A stretch of 60,606 nt of DNA, filler included. It is 4 parts of 4 records of this genome, joined end to end, with 100 filler letters (N's around TTAATTAATTAA, not from the genome) between each part and the next. Parts side by side here need not be neighbours in the genome. Positions count along the whole stretch, not along the records: positions 53,744 to 60,606 come from SRR31156797_8819; 3 more parts are not named here. One strand, written 5' to 3'. Below the pieces are notes generated by a model. That model had not been told where the DNA came from. It did no database searches and worked only from the letters and a program-made list of their open reading frames with translations. Each line of letters opens with the position of its first letter. Position 1 is the stretch's first letter. Made by a program: the position numbers and the translations under genes. Shown one piece after another: positions 58,600 to 60,606 of this stretch.

Positions 58600-60606
58600 A
58601 TGAGCGAACTGGTAACAGCGATTGTTAATCAGATTGAGAAAGATCTCGCATTAAAATTGCAAAGCTCCAGCGATGGGCAATATCGCGGTGTTTTCTCCGG
58701 ACCGCCTTCACGCATATTGAATCAAGTATTACATTTCATTGTCGAAAAGGGGGGGGTGGATCTTGCTGGCCTAGAAAGTCAGGCTTCATTCCCGGTTTTG
58801 CTTCCAACACGAGATAGTAAAGACCCCAGCGATTTGTATTCCTCTGGGGTGTGTAGTGATGCCCATCTTGTCAAAGTTCGTACTAGTGAGTGTAAACAAT
58901 TCTTGATACTTTTATCCCCGGGGCACCCACTTAACGAATCAATGGATTCCACGATTCAAGAAATGGGTATTTCGCGTGTAGAGTCTCGCCCTGCTTATAA
59001 AACACCCTTTTATAAAAGATTACTGGATCAAGGGATTGAATTGCATGTTCCAAGGTCACATGTTGACGATTATATAGGTGCTGCTCATGAGATCTTGGAG
59101 AGAGAGCTTTCCCGCAGAGACGAGGAAAAACAAGATCATTCTCATCAGTGGATTTTTCTTGAAAGGCTCTTTAATGCTAATGCAACAGGGCTATGTGGAC
59201 ACGAATTATTGTTATCTCTCTTTGGATTAGTTGCATGTGATTCTAAACAATTCGAGCCACGGGATCACATGAAGCTGCTTAATCGGCTTGCTGAGTTTCT
59301 TGAATCAAATGGCTTTCGTCCCGGTTTTGAGGAACTAAAAGAGAAAGCATCTAGCGAACTCCGGGAAGCACTTGAGCAGTGTTATCAACATTTACACAAG
59401 AATTGCGATTCGGCGAGTGATTTCAAGGACGCTCCAACTTCGAAATATTCACCCATTATCCTCGATGCGGGCAAGTGTGTAATACCCCAGTGGTGGCATG
59501 ATCTCACGCTGGAAAAATGGACAGAGCTTCTTGAGACTTCTTCTTCATCAAAACCTAACGATAACCTAGAGGTTACTTGCACGAATAGGGTTTGTCCGGA
59601 TGTCAAGGGTTTCCCGACTGTCGTGCAATCATGTCCGGAGTTCAGGGTTATGCTAAAGGATGCACCTGCCTCACGAGAGGTTAGGATTACTCGTTCTATT
59701 GGACGAAAGACGCCAGAAGAAATGGGCTTACACGTTATCTCTGGGGATGGCTTACTATGGATTGATGACAAAGTACCCGAGCACTCTTCGCACCTTCAGT
59801 ACACCTTCAAGGTTTGTGACCTAGGGGATGACGAAACCAAGCCAATTAAACTTAAAGTCATTGCACTTGATTCTTATGAAATCGGGATCATTCCATACTG
59901 TAGAAATGCCGGAAAAACAACTCTCTTCAAAGAAGTCAAGAAAAAGAGTCGAAAAAAGGTAAGCGGGAAGCGAAGGCAACCCCCTGGTTCGTCGAAGTCG
60001 AAAAGTTTCGAGTGCACTGTTGAAGTACAAGGCATGGGGATGCACCAGCTAGACCTGTATTTTGCAAATGGACTCCAGCTCGGCAAGGCTATGACTGGCT
60101 TCGAAGTGACGTCAGAAAAAGATGTTCATGTTACGAGGCCGATTAACCAGTCAGGAAGCTCGCATGCAGTAAGCATCGTTGAGACAGACGAAGAATGTTA
60201 CTATATGTTCGAGGCAGAGCTTGGGAGTGAGACGAGTTATTCATTTCGAATAAATATAGAGGCTGGGGACGAGGCTCCTGTTGGTGCCGAGAGTGAGTTT
60301 GACCGCCTCGTTATTGAACACCAAAAGAAGATAGACAAGGATCGTTCTGGGGGGGCTACGATTGAAATACCAGGAGCCCGCTGTTCTGATTTACAGAGAT
60401 GGATGCTAGAAGACAGCCATTCCTATCGGCCACTCATAATCGGTCCAGATTTTGAGTCAGCGTGGACTCAACCTGATTGGGAAGGAGATGCACTGCTGTC
60501 GTCTCTTGAATTATTGCATGATCCCAGGCCACCCTTCGATGAGTTTGTGCCTCCGAGCAATTTTATTGCGATTAGAAGCGAGATACTTGAGAGAATAGGG
60601 AAAGAT
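58600..60606 (+). CDS. Large hypothetical protein, at least 669 aa, running off the window end (not in the ORF track); DndH/DptH-like by position
   Basis: ATG at 58600 after AAGGA. The reading frame MSELVTAIVNQIEKDL...VFSGPP...HDPRPPFDEFVPP...ERIGKD shows no stop in the portions read and has no terminal stop. Confidence 0.8.
   Translation, partial: MSELVTAIVNQIEKDLALKLQSSSDGQYRGVFSGPPSRILNQVLHFIVEKGGVDLAGLESQASFPVLLPTRDSKDPSDLYSSGVCSDAHLVKVRTSECKQFLILLSPGHPLNESMDSTIQEMGISRVESRPAYKTPFYKRLLDQGIELHVPRSHVDDYIGAAHEILERELSRRDEEKQDHSHQWIFLERLFNANATGLCGHELLLSLFGLVACDSKQFEPRDHMKLLNRLAEFLESNGFRPGFEELKEKASSELREALEQCYQHLHKNCDSASDFKDAPTSKYSPIILDAGKCVIPQWWHDLTLEKWTELLETSSSSKPNDNLEVTCTNRVCPDVKGFPTVVQSCPEFRVMLKDAPASREVRITRSIGRKTPEEMGLHVISGDGLLWIDDKVPEHSSHLQYTFKVCDLGDDETKPIKLKVIALDSYEIGIIPYCRNAGKTTLFKEVKKKSRKKVSGKRRQPPGSSKSKSFECTVEVQGMGMHQLDLYFANGLQLGKAMTGFEVTSEKDVHVTRPINQSGSSHAVSIVETDEECYYMFEAELGSETSYSFRINIEAGDEAPVGAESEFDRLVIEHQKKIDKDRSGGATIEIPGARCSDLQRWMLEDSHSYRPLIIGPDFESAWTQPDWEGDALLSSLELLHDPRPPFDEFVPPSNFIAIRSEILERIGKD

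Noticed and set aside
53745-60606. Assignment to DISARM class II or Druantia type II (both include a cytosine methylase)
   Set aside because: No SF2 helicase, DUF1998 or PLD motifs are visible in the available sequence. The truncated last gene leaves some uncertainty.

Overview
The window is not one locus. It is four unrelated contigs joined by 100-nt artificial spacers (N44-TTAATTAATTAA-N44 at 29290-29389, 35124-35223, 53644-53743). Taxonomic labels below are inferred from gene content and composition. Contig 1 (1-29289, Desulfovibrionaceae-like) has a phenylacetate-CoA ligase and a sigma54-driven operon with the composition of a hydrogen-dependent CO2 reductase (HDCR): selenocysteine FdhF, FeS subunit, [FeFe]-hydrogenase, FeS subunit. 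This operon is bracketed by two PAS-kinase/NtrC-family pairs and followed by hydG. The contig ends with an AT-rich, Firmicutes-style hybrid kinase plus SARP/BTAD regulator pair, divergent from a 3521-aa autotransporter whose promoter carries 11-bp-spaced TTTGGGAAG repeats. Contig 2 (29390-35123, very AT-rich) has a GH36 alpha-galactosidase, LacI, SemiSWEET, an azoreductase and a DODA-type dioxygenase, with clear operator palindromes. Contig 3 (35224-53643, Bacteroidota-like) has a nitrosative-stress cluster (ric-Rrf2-nadA-hemerythrin-PepSY-DUF438-DUF1858, divergent from qNOR), a TetR-controlled MMPL/LolA-like/phospholipase-A-like/OM-barrel module, and several pseudogenes. Contig 4 (53744-60606) has a C5-cytosine methyltransferase followed by three co-oriented large genes that resemble a DndFGH-like restriction module. 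This is the best candidate here for a poorly described defence system. No CRISPR array, rRNA or tRNA was seen.
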